This document shows, piece after piece, positions 26,231 to 46,157 of a stretch of 64,000 nucleotides of DNA (positions within the stretch are counted from its first letter, which is position 1; every line of letters starts with the position of its first letter). The notes beneath the pieces are model-generated. The model saw only the letters and a list, made by a program, of their open reading frames with translations. It ran no database searches and was not told the DNA's origin. Origin of the DNA: Ophelia neglecta (Eukaryota); the NCBI GenBank assembly GCA_965285935.1, contig OZ260664.1, positions 23,622,001 through 23,686,000 of the forward strand, in the 5' to 3' direction. The position numbers and the translations under genes are program-made.

Positions 26231-26840
26231 TAGCTAAGTTACATAGCTCTGGGTCCATTTCTAATGTCATATTGGCTGGCAATATGTTAACTTGGGACTG
26301 CAGAGCTGTGCAGCAAAACATTTGGCCCTGTGGTAAAAGACGACTTTTTTCCAAAAGCGCTATTTCCGCCATTGTTTTGTTGGTAGGTATATACACGTAC
26401 AGATAAACAATCAATTTGTCTTAGTCGATTTAATTTTAAACATATACATCCGTCTAAAAATAGAGGTTTTTGGCCCACATGAATATAGGGTCGGTACACA
26501 TGCAAGTGCGAGCGGTCGTACCGTCTGCTCGGCCCTTTGTCTGTACTGGTTTTGTTTGCCATGGCAGACAGCATTTCATAGTCCGTGCTAAAGTTCTGTA
26601 TTCATATGAACATGATTCTTGTACACTGAAACAACCAAGACGAAATGATTGTTTGTTTGTCCAAATTAGTGTGTGACCTCTGTATAATGTCAGAAAAAAT
26701 AGCGTATACTCAGTTAGTCGAAAGAGTTTGATTTTCACCACAGGGGCCAGATTTCTCGCTGCATAGCTTGTTGGTCCAAGTTAACATACAACCAACCAAT
26801 ATGACATTAGAAATGGACCCAGAGCTACGAAACTTAGCTA
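26231..26840. mobile_element. Non-autonomous Mutator (MULE)-like foldback element, 610 bp
   Basis: Long (~110 bp) imperfect TIRs starting TAGCTAAGTT..CTCTGGGTCCATTTCTAATGTCATATTGG; 9-11 bp TSD (A)TATTCAGCA(T) at ~26221-26230 and 26841-26850. Confidence 0.8.
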
Positions 26841-27390
26841 TATTCAGCATAATTTCTATAACAGACAGCCTTGTTTATTGTATTCTAATATGTTTCTATT
26901 TTGTATTGATAAAGGATTTTACTTCTGTTAAATATCTGGCAAAATCCATTGTAATGTTATTTATCGAGTTCTAAACTTTAGTGATACAGGTTCATTATCT
27001 TCTGTAAATCAGTCAGGCTTACGGTACTATCTGAGTCTCTTCAACAGTCCTAACTTTTTGAACTAACACCCTGTATTTAAACATGCATATTCAGCGTATC
27101 ACACAATAGGGGTACGTTTCAGAGCAGCAACAAACTGGAGCAATATCTATAAATAGGATATTTTCTTGGGCTATAAAAAATGCATATTACCCAACATTAT
27201 CTACAATCAGTGAATCTGCCGGTTCTGGCCACAATCTTGAGTTTCAAAACTTCAAAAAGTACGACTTCAACTGATTTTCTGCTCATGCTTACAACCTTCA
27301 GTCGAACTTTTATATTAATATTTCAAGTAACCGTTTTTATTTTCTCATAAGGCATGCTGCTATTTCTGATTCATTTGTATTTGTTGTAAT

Positions 27391-28267
27391 CAGAGATGTT
27401 TATACCCAGAGATCGAAATCGGGCCCTCCTTATACATTTTGCAAATAGGTTATTTGCACACAAGCTTACACTGCACACAGGATTTTTGGAGCAAATTTTC
27501 CAGAGCAGCAATTGTGTACACACCGAACGAATAGTGATCACCAAACAAACAGAAATAAATTGGCGTAGTCAGCATTTTACATCACCTCAGAAAGTAAATG
27601 GAACTTTATTTTAAATATTTTAGTTCAGAGAATCATACGTATGATTATTGCTTAAAGGCTGTGCATTGGTGACATTATTTTCCCACAGGTATCTTCAGTG
27701 ATAGCCTTGGAGACCCAGGCCATATTGGAAAATTATATGTGCATTTTGCCATGTACTTCTTCCACTAAATCTTTTGTCAAAAAACAATTTTTTTTATTAA
27801 TATGTGTTTTATGACTACTTTGAGCCACAAGTATTGATGTATACTTCCCAATAAAATCCTTCTCATAGTGTCCCATTTGACCCTTAACATATCTATATCA
27901 GTCTGATATTAACAATAACCACGTGCTTGTCAGATTGCTGACAGTGGACATTTGTCACGAGGAAACCTCATTATATTGTGGCTTGTCGGCAATAATTAAC
28001 AAGACTCCTGTCAAAATTGCTTCCTTGTGTATTATAGATTAGTAATTTTCCATTTACAATCATTTTCCGAGCAGAAAATATAAAAAATTAGTTATCTGCA
28101 GCTACTCTGCATTGCTGGCAATTCCACGTAGTTTGTGTACAAATTGGCTCATCGGGACACCTCTGCGCATGTGCGATCTGATTTGCAGCTCATTAGCATA
28201 TGAATACAGTGGTTAACTCCTTACGGCCAAGGGCTCTGATTCCAATCTCTGGGTATATACATCTCTG
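27391..28267. mobile_element. Non-autonomous DNA transposon with ~37-bp TIRs (CAG termini, hAT-like)
   Basis: CAGAGATGTTTATACCCAGAGATCGAAATC at the left end matches the reverse complement of the right end (CAGAGATGTATATACCCAGAGATTGGAATC). TSD not intact. Confidence 0.7.
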
Positions 28268-28812
28268 GTATAATAGTGTTATAAAATAATATCAGGCTCA
28301 TTTTCCGGAGTGCTAATAAGTCATATAAAAACATAAAAGTTGTGCATGTGTCAAACAAAATGTATATTTCATATACATCTTTTATTTTTAAATACATGTA
28401 CATGTACATGCAAAAATGAACAAGTACATTATATATTTACATGAGTCACAGAACACCTTTTATTTATTGGGAAGCAGAGTTTAATTGAATATAAGCTAAA
28501 TGGGCAAATGTCCAGGAGAGGTTCTTTGCATATTCACCACATAATCATATTTATTGTACATGTAAACTATTAAAAGGATAAACTTGCTTTAAAAATCAAT
28601 AGAACATACTATAAATTTACAGCTTTTAATATGACGATTATTTTTGATAGATTTTGCAAGAAGTGCGAGTAGTATTTCAATTTCTGATCCCTTTAAGGGC
28701 TATTAATGGTGATGTTCAAGTCCTGTAAACAAACAAACATGGTTATTTTCTGTCATATAACAAGATACAGGGGTGTCTGTTAGATCCTATTGTGCACATC
28801 ACCCTGAGATAG

Positions 28813-37333
<8,521 letters not shown>

Positions 37334-39112
37334 TTCTTTTAATGTAGCCTCGTTTCCAAATGATTGCCTATACAGTGAGTTCATATACATTGCTATTTCA
37401 TCATCCTAGTTTAATATAATTGGATTCCACCATGATTAATAAATTTAAACTTCAATAGTCTCGAAAATAAAGCAATGGATTTAATATTGTTAATTACCTT
37501 GTTGGCCAAAAATGATTTAATTAAGTAATCCTGTAAATAGTATTCTATAGTAGTATGAAGTATGATAGTAAGTCATGCCCTAAAAATTTTTAGGAACCAT
37601 TCATTATTTATCGCCGGGGGGGGGGGGGGGTACCCATAAAAAACTGATACATTTATAAAATTGGTAGGCATACCGATTATTTTTTTCTAATTTAAATAAA
37701 ACATATTTTGAATCAAACCAACGCTATTGAAATGTTGCTTCATAACAAGGTGTTACACTGTTCCATTTTCCTGAAATAAAGTCCAAGGCTGTCATGCACA
37801 TCATATCATGTATAGCAAGACTCTCCTTCAATGCATTAATTAATTTAACTTATCAGATAGATTTTAGTCTTTGATCAACCTGGCAACAGGCCTAAAGCAT
37901 TTATACCAGCTGAAATATGAGCATTTGACATGTACAATGTGACACCATGGCCTGCATGTTATGGTAGTAGGCCAACCCTTAATTTTTGTAATCAAAATTA
38001 ATCTTTTGCAGCCTTTGGATTTCTGACCATTTATACACATCCCACCTTTAAAACCATCATACAGAACAGCAAGGACAGCAAAACAGACAAAAAAAATAAA
38101 CACTATCACCAGTAAGAATTTAGATTATTGTCTCCTAATGGATTACACTCTCAGTCTCTTTGATGAATAAATCATCATGTTTTTGTGCACTCTGAAATTC
38201 TTTGGATTCTCTGAAATTTTCTAAGTCCAAACTGCAGATTCAAGTGATTTTAATGTTTTCACAACGGAGTCTTTACTTTAGTGTTTTTAACAGTAATTAA
38301 AATGCTGAATGAAAAGCATGTTTCCTCTCTCTCTGGTATTCTGAAAAAATCCCAAGATTAATATGATTTCATTTGGATTCATTTCAGATGGTTTAAAGAC
38401 ATGAAAAATCAAACAGGAAGGCAACTGCCCTAGGTACCGGTGAGTAGTATTTAAACAACAGTTTAAACGAAATTGAAATGTATAAATTTAATATGATGCA
38501 AGGGCTCCAAAATATCATGGCATCTGTTGGATTTCCTAAATGTATTTAGTATAGTGTCAATAGACCATAAGTTCTTGAGAATGTGACAAAATTGTGTTGC
38601 ATGTGAAGGGAGAATATTTTGTCCTATGATCTGCCTTTATGAGGATTGTCCATGCAGGGCTTGGTGCTGTAGTATTCTCCATCTTTCTAGCATTGAGCCA
38701 ACATCTGGTCTAGCTCCCAGCTAGCTCCAACTACTCTGGTATATTCTGAACTACTGGGCCAATTTACTTGCGATTAAGCGATCACGCTCGGAGAGTAGTT
38801 AGGTATTTGGTTTACTTTAGCTAAGGGCAGGATGGAATAACATCTCACATGCCTATTTCCTAGTAATTTTTAAATATTCAAGCTTATATTCTAATGATTT
38901 TAAATTTAATTTTAAAATAATTTTATTTTACCATATTGTTATGAGAAAAGTATAAAGGAAACCTGGTCCAGGTATTCCATGTGTCTGTCCCTTTAATACT
39001 AAATCAGTTTTGATCACAAACAAAGTTTAAATTTTTTTTTAAATAGCACTCTATGTAGAACTAACACAGCACTAACACAGTTTATTACTTACAGCCTCTG
39101 GAGTAGCTGTTT

Positions 39113-39555
39113 TGGGGCCTGAACCCATCCCCCCCACCCACCCCCCACCCCCCCCCACCCCGTTCCCCTGGTTGGGGGGGCCGTAGGCGCGTTCACCATT
39201 TCTCGGTAAAAGGGTTAATTAAAAAAAGGGGTCTTTTTTATCAGCCTCCCAAGAAATTGAAAAAAAGGGGTATTTTTACAAGCATGGGCCGAGAAAAGGG
39301 TTGGAAAGTTACCAGAGAATATTTTACCTCATGTTGATGCCCCCTATAAAAGGGGGTAAGGTGCTTCCTGGAGCCTGAGAAAAGGGGTTCGATATTTTAT
39401 CAAGCCTGAGTTAGGGGGGTAAAAAACCTGAAAAACCCTGCGATAGCCTGAGATAAGGGGGTGAAAAATTCAATGCCTTTCCTGAGATAGGGGTCAGTTT
39501 TCAAAAGTGGTGAACAAGCATGGGCACCCCCTAAAATGGCGGAGTCGGGGGCCAG
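39113..39555. mobile_element. Probable non-autonomous DNA element with repeated GCCTGAGA(A/T)AAGGGG(G)T subterminal motifs
   Basis: GC-richer island bounded by C-run/G-run ends; inverted GTTCACCA/TGGTGAAC; at least four CCTGAG..AGGGG motifs. Boundaries approximate. Confidence 0.5.
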
Positions 39556-40329
39556 TATTTGGGGTCCTTATAGAAATCATTCCTTTGAAACCAGCTAAAG
39601 ACCGAAAATGGCTGAACTGATATAGACAGTAAATAAACACTATACATAATTGGTTACTGTCACCATGGATCCTTACTGTTACCTAATAAATTAAACTTTG
39701 TTTCTTTGATGAATAATTGATCCCATTATTGAGCTCTAAATTAGATATAGCCTTACTTTGAGATGAAAGTTTCATGATTATGAGGTATAGCACCATATTC
39801 TAGTGATTTTATTATCATCATGATGGATTCATTATATAATCTTTTTTTAATTAAGTTGATGAATAAAAAACATTGTGCTTCTCCATAGGGTATTTTGAAA
39901 ATATTCCTAATTATAATATGATTCAATTTGGGTTCCTTTCAGATGTACATGGAAGAAAGAAACCTGGAAGGAAACGGCCATATTTAAGTAGTATTTTGAA
40001 TAACCGTGACCAGTGACCCTAAGTAGTAATATTTTAAAAGAGCTCAATATTTATTTAGTTATCAGGTTATATATGTGGCAAAGGCTCCAAAAAGGCTTAG
40101 CATCTAGATCTATATGCTCTCCTAAATGTGTCAAAAATGTTCCACAGTTGTGAGAGATTCATAGGATATTTTTGGGTCTTTTGGCCTGCCTCTATATGGA
40201 GATTTCTCATGCAGAGGCTGGTGCTTCTGCATTCAAGAATTTGTATTCAAGAGCCAGTGTCTCTAGAGACATTTTGTGCCCAGCAAATATAGCCCCATGA
40301 GGGACATGTTGCTGTCCCTTTGTGTGTCT

Positions 40330-42600
40330 GGTTGGGGTGATTGCAGTTACAATATATCAGCTAAACCTTTCGCCAAAAGCCATATGCTGCTTGGTGTTTA
40401 GATCCAGGTCTTGATAGTTTATGACCATGATCAAAAAACAAAATAGCTGTGGCCATGCATTGAGTCAAAAATCCTTTGTTTTGTTATAAGGCAGTTTATT
40501 TGGTGATAGATGTTTGGCGAGGGGGGAAATTTTTTAAATTGTCCGTCAATAGTGGGTGGTTTATTTATCTGTTCTGTATGATATGGCAGTTCCCTGATGC
40601 GGTGCAATTTGTGTGCAGTATTGGTGATTCATATGGGGAAGTTTATCGGTTTGAACTATGCGCTTGGATATCTGATTCCTTGCCCACAATTATTGAATCC
40701 TGGACTTTCTTCAATTTTTTAAGGATGTTAACTCCCTGCGTCCACTTCTGTCATCCTTTTTGCCCTCGTTAATTGGCGGGCCCTTAAAGGTAATGTGCTA
40801 TTTCTTGGTGTTGGATTCTCTCCATGTATAAGTTTGTCACCTCTTAGTGTCAGTAGTTCATTAAAGATATCATCTTTGTGTGTGTTGATTGTAGAATACA
40901 ACCTTTCAGAGAGATTGGTTTTCAGGGCCGCTCCTTTCCTATTTTGTTATGAATCTCATGTCTGTCGGTTGTACTACTATATTTAGCTTGGCTGCCCTTA
41001 TTTTGGAGAAATCAACATGTTCATTTTCATTGTTTTCCATGCAAGTAATCATTAAATTCCAACTTCGGTTGTTGGTCTTTTGTCTGTTTTTTTTTCTTTT
41101 GTTTCTGGTTTGTTTGTTGTGCAGCTACTTGTAAGTTGTATTTTCTTGACTGCACAAGAGGGTGTTTGTTCTCACTTCCATTTCTAAGTGGAAATTTCAC
41201 AGAAATAGTAAAATCTAGGGATTTTGAATCAATAACATTGATTAAATTGTATTTGCTCGAAAGAGGCTGACCATTTATAAATCCTGTTCAATTGGTAGCT
41301 TTCTTTCGAGTAGGACTTGGACCATTTAGTGTTGGTGCTTTGGGCATAACCTTATTGTACTATTAAAAGCAGAACCCATCAGAATTGTGAGAATTGATAT
41401 ACTGTGATTGCTAGCTTCTCAGCTCTACAATTTATTGACATCGGTATACGTCTGGCCTTAGCCAGTGTTCCGATGTCATACTGCACCATACAATTAAGCA
41501 ATTTATTTATTGCTGCTGTTATTGGACCATTCACTAATTCTGTGGCTGGTGTTCATCAGATGCTAACTAATGCATTACTATGTTATGGACTGTAAACTTT
41601 GGGAGAAATACTCCTGCGATATGTGATGAAGCCATGTCTTCCTTTTTTTTCTCTTTGTGATTAGAATATCTGAAATCCTGTGCTTGCTGTTTTTTTAATT
41701 CTCGAGGTCTTGCGTCACAGTTAAGAGACAGCCTGGCTTAACTGTACATGTGTGTACAGATCCTGATGAGGGTTTTCCCGATGGAGCGAAAGATGTAGTT
41801 TTTTCTGCCTGCTTTTCTTTGGCGGGTAATATCTGACCGAATAGATGTCTTTTGTAATCGGTCTGCTTGATGTTCTCTAGCCTGTACTGGTCATATCTAT
41901 TTGGCTTTGAATGATAATAACCTGGTTGGTCCGATGGCCAGTTTTGAGTTCCGTTTTGGGGTCTAGTCATTTCTATGTGATCGAGTGTCTGAGTGTCTGA
42001 GTGTACACTCCTTGCATCATTACTGGTCTGTAAGTAACAGTCACTTGTAAGAAGTTGTCCTCTAGTTATATCACATAATATCACACGGTTTGCAAGAAAC
42101 TAGGGTTGGTCAGATAATATTTTATGATATAACAATCTTGTGTTCTGGTCATGATTTGACATGGAGTCTCAGGTACTGTAACCAGGCAGACATGTTTTAT
42201 AAATCCCCAGTTGAGTTTGTCCTAGTAAATACAAGCCAAGTATCAAGGAGACTTTAGGCAGTTATATGTTTATTGTTGACTATGTTCTTCTAGTTTGTAA
42301 TCTAGCTTTCCTAATTGCATGCTGAGCTGTATTTCTGCAAGCAATGTATGCTACATATTCCTGGCCATCCTAGGTATTGAGAGATCACATCCATAGTTTT
42401 ACTTATTTACTTCACAAAGAGCCTATCACATCATCCATTATACTGGGTTTAAGGTTGAGTTTTCACTTATAAATTTGAGGAAGAATTGTCATTATGAATC
42501 CGTGTGGTGTAGTTGCTGTCACAATGTTTTTTTCTTTGATTTCAGGTTGAAACTTTGAAGCAAGTTCTGTTTTAGCAAGAAAAAAATGCAAGAAGCTAGT
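40330..42600 (-). mobile_element. Highly degenerate Gypsy-like LTR retrotransposon pro-pol remnant
   Basis: Minus-strand translation gives RT-like IDGQFKKFPPSPNIYHQINCLITKQRIFDSMHGHSYF..KTWI*TPSS near 40380-40550, and protease-like IVNNKHITA*SLLDT near 42235-42285. Many stops. Confidence 0.45.
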
Positions 42601-43231
42601 AATATAGAGAATAAGAATATTTCTATGTAATTAAGGGATGAACATGTAACTCACTGTGGTGGATAATAATTGGGTCTGCAAGTTAATTGCAATATATAGT
42701 TGGACCTAGTTTTAAAGTAATGTAGAAAAATGAATTAGAGCAGTGTTATTCCATTTATTTTTGCTAAATATACTATTTTAAATGATAATGCTTTAAACTT
42801 TTACAACCATCAATATATCGCTCCCTTGGAATACTGGTTGTTTATATATATATATAGTGTATATGTTAATGTAGGGCTGCTTTATTCAGGTCATGGCATC
42901 CACTATATCCATCTGATGTTGATTGATCCTCCAACACTACTCAGAATGTTGAGACATCACAACTGGAAGTAGTAAAGTGATGATGATTAGTTCAACCTGC
43001 CAAACATCTATGAAACATCTTCAAGGTTTTCATAATTAATAAAAGTTCCTTGCAAAACAACTACCGAGTTATAACTTTTGTAGCTGAATTAAACTCTATC
43101 CTGTTATAGTAGAAGATAGGCTAAATGAATTATAGGATAAAAAAAGTGTCTTTTTACATTTTAAGAAAACATCTCTTGAATAAGATCATGTTTGAGTGTG
43201 TATTGACAGTGGCAATGAGTAGTCTTTAAAT

Positions 43232-43477
43232 TGAATGCGCGCGCATGTATTGTTTTGAGACATGCGTGCGCATGTCCCGTTTTTAAACATGCACACCATG
43301 TAATGTTTTGACCCATGCGCGCCCATGTTCTGTTTTGATACATGCGCGCGCATGTTCTGTTTGAGACATGGGCGCGCATGTTCTGTTTTAAGATATGCGT
43401 GCGCATAAACCGTTTTTAAACATGCGCACGCATGTACTGATTTGACACATGCGCGCGCATGTACTGTTGAGACATGC
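43232..43477. repeat. Tandem array of about 9.5 x 26-27 bp units with palindromic core CATGCGCGCGCATG
   Basis: Directly visible units such as AGACATGCGTGCGCATGTCCCGTTTTT and ATACATGCGCGCGCATGTTCTGTTTG. Confidence 0.92.
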
Positions 43478-44813
43478 AGGTCCAAATTCGGTACCTGCGT
43501 ACTTTTCACTAAACGTGGTAGTCGATGACTAATTACTCATTTTAACCGAAAAAAAACACAGTTTTGAATTGTTAATCAGCTTAGATATAAGATAAACCAA
43601 TAATCAAGAATGTCGCCATAGTTTCGTTGATGACAAATACCCGTTTATTTATCACAGGTGGTTCTTCAACCACTTCAAGAATTTTTCTGTAGTCTTAAGA
43701 ACCGATGAGTAAGCCACAGTTGTTAATTCACTTCATAAGTATGTGTCCTGTGCCGTAAATTTGCCGTAGATCTGACGATTTTCGCTTACATTTTAATGGC
43801 ACAGGCATGATTCATAATACACGGAGGGGTGCATTAAACATTAAACGTCAAAATCTGACCTGGGAATGGATGCTGAATTCTGTACGTTTTGACAGCTCTA
43901 AAAATCCCACATACCCTATGCTTTAACTACCCACCAATACCCCCTGCTCATATTTCCTGTGAACAATTAGCCCTACACCCGCTGCCCTACACATATAGCA
44001 CCACAAGGGTCACAATAAGCCCCCCCCCCCTCAGGAAGAGGGGGGGGGGCAAATTTTCAATGGCTGACAACGCAAATGTCTTGTCCCCATTACCAACCCT
44101 CTGAAACCACCTTGCGTGGGTCCAGAAATAGGCCAGACCAACTTTTGGCAGGGGGGGGGGGGGGAGACCCTCTGAATCAGCCACCGTGTTATTTTTCGTA
44201 ACAGTAATTAACACATTTAGGAGAGCAGTTGACACAATTTAGCTACGCTTGATTCCACCAAACGTCCTTGCCGTTATCAAAACTAGAGCTTCGACATCTC
44301 AACCCAACCCCGCCCAAGAGAACTGATAAAAAACAAATAAAGATTTGCACATGAAGAACGTATACGTACTGGCCAAAATACGATTTATAAACCGACAGTT
44401 CGGAATGCTCATGCACTCAAGCCAAGAACATGTCACCTGCCGACAGATGTTAGTTTTGGGCAGCTTCAATGGGCCAAATAAAACATTTCCATGGGTATTT
44501 TAAACCTAACAGTTAGTGATCTAGATCTCTATTGGTAACACATCACTCACGAGTAGCACCATGGACATACCCGTTTACATCCTTTCCACTTTCAGACCAC
44601 TCTGTTGCAATAATGAATATATTTCAAAGATATTTTTAAGCCATCTGGAGGATCGCTTAATCAAAAGTGTGTTATCTTAATTAAAACGCTAAAACGTGTG
44701 TTCTGTTTAAGTTACCCTGTTTGTACTATAGGCCTATCACTAAATCAAGCTAACGATTTTTAAAAATTAACTAACACAATATACTTTTAAGCCGAGAGCC
44801 CGGTAAACCTTTT

Positions 44814-46157
44814 TTATTGGCAATTGGACCGTTTATTCAATATCCTGATCAGTTCATTTTCATTGGCTAATAAAAACCCGACACGCGACTGTAAGCTGGC
44901 CAACCGACGCTGGTCCATATTGTCAAAGAGGTCCAAACTTCGTATAAAGAAATGTGACATGCATCGTCTGATCAGGAAGTCATGTAAAGTGCGGAGAAGT
45001 TCCACAAATGCCATCTCTACGGGATCTCGTTGCCATCGTTGTGCATGGTCGACAGTCGAGTCGAAGCCGTGCAGTAGAACCGTCTTGATGTGGTATGACG
45101 TCAGTCCTTCTAGAGTTGGTTCCACTTTGACCAAAGCCTTGAGAATTTTGAAAGCCGTTGTCCTTGCTCCGCGGTCTGCTTTGTCCATCAAAGCTAGAAT
45201 GGTGCGCTCTTTCCTGACGTAAGACGCCCTCCAAACCAGCTCATGTCCGGGTCGAGTGTCATGCGCATACGGCTGGGTGAGTAGGTAACATTCCTCTTTT
45301 GGCATGTAAATGGCTGGTTTCAGGTGAAAAGTGTACTTATTCCACTTGACCGCTATTTGGCTTCTCTTAGCCTGAGATATAAAGGGATCTAAAGAAGTAG
45401 ATAAATTGAGCTTCAATGCTCTTTCCACCAGCTCATGAACGAGCGTGGCTGTCTTTAGCGAGGAGAGGAACAGTCCACTGTCTGAGCGTCCAAACCGGTG
45501 TTGGTCCGGAGGTTGACCAGGCCTTACCCGGAATTTTTTTATGGGAAGTACCCTATACCCGCCCTCAAGATTGTCCAACTTAGTCTTTCCGCGATCAAAC
45601 AACAAATAAATATCTACATCATATTTAGACACCACCTGGGTCAGGTCGAAAGTGCTTCCTGCAAGGAAGTGTCCAGTTATTTTCATTCCGTGCTTGTTGG
45701 CTAGTTTGACGAGACGAGGCATAAGATATTCCAGAAAGCAATTAGTTTTCGATCGAGCGCGTTCGATTTGTTTTCCTGGAATGAGTGCAACTTCCTCAAA
45801 GAATTTCTGCAGCGATGCGGCCAGCTTTGATTCCACTCTTAGCATTGTTCTCTCAAATTGGATTTTTCTTGGCGAGGAAACTATCCAGTCCTGCATGACT
45901 GTGCTATTCTGGGTCTCGAGTATGTTGGATAGCGGCACAGGTCCCATTGACCGCCGACTCTTCCTGCGAACGGACCTAGGGGATATCGAGGGAAGCCTTG
46001 TTCTGGACTCTCTGCCAGCAAGGGGTGGAGACTCCCCGGCCAACACTACTCTAGAACGCCGTCGAACAATCTCTCTGGGAGCCTCCGACGTCGGCAGATT
46101 GTTGATCACAGAAGTTGTCCCATAAGGAATCTTCTCACGCACAACTCCAGATGCCAT
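44814..46157 (-). CDS. Mab-21 family nucleotidyltransferase-fold protein (cGAS-like receptor / MiD49-51-like), 447 aa, single coding exon
   Basis: 1344-nt ORF with NTase signature LAGS-x11-DVD (G167, S168, D180, D182), WRASYVRKERTIL, RTTAFKILKAL, LTSYHIKTVLLH and W..F..LL..L..FL..MSHFFI..LDLF (Mab-21 C-lobe). No cGAS zinc ribbon. Basic, low-complexity N-terminus of ~100 aa. Confidence 0.93.
   Translation of the reverse strand: MASGVVREKIPYGTTSVINNLPTSEAPREIVRRRSRVVLAGESPPLAGRESRTRLPSISPRSVRRKSRRSMGPVPLSNILETQNSTVMQDWIVSSPRKIQFERTMLRVESKLAASLQKFFEEVALIPGKQIERARSKTNCFLEYLMPRLVKLANKHGMKITGHFLAGSTFDLTQVVSKYDVDIYLLFDRGKTKLDNLEGGYRVLPIKKFRVRPGQPPDQHRFGRSDSGLFLSSLKTATLVHELVERALKLNLSTSLDPFISQAKRSQIAVKWNKYTFHLKPAIYMPKEECYLLTQPYAHDTRPGHELVWRASYVRKERTILALMDKADRGARTTAFKILKALVKVEPTLEGLTSYHIKTVLLHGFDSTVDHAQRWQRDPVEMAFVELLRTLHDFLIRRCMSHFFIRSLDLFDNMDQRRLASLQSRVGFLLANENELIRILNKRSNCQ

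Noticed and set aside
37334-37390. 19-aa N-terminal extension of HARS from the upstream ATG (MYMNSLY...)
   Set aside because: MADRVE gives a 30-codon WHEP exon of the expected size with good Kozak context, and an acceptor-like TATAG at 37368 separates it from the upstream ATG.
41695-42084. 129-aa host gene
   Set aside because: GTG start, and it lies within the decayed Gypsy-like region.
37400-43200. Head-to-head HARS2 paralogue as in vertebrates
   Set aside because: No HisRS-like coding exons are visible on the plus strand upstream of HARS.
44824-46125. Plus-strand ORFs of 132 and 157 aa
   Set aside because: Antisense shadows of the Mab-21 coding sequence with non-ATG starts.
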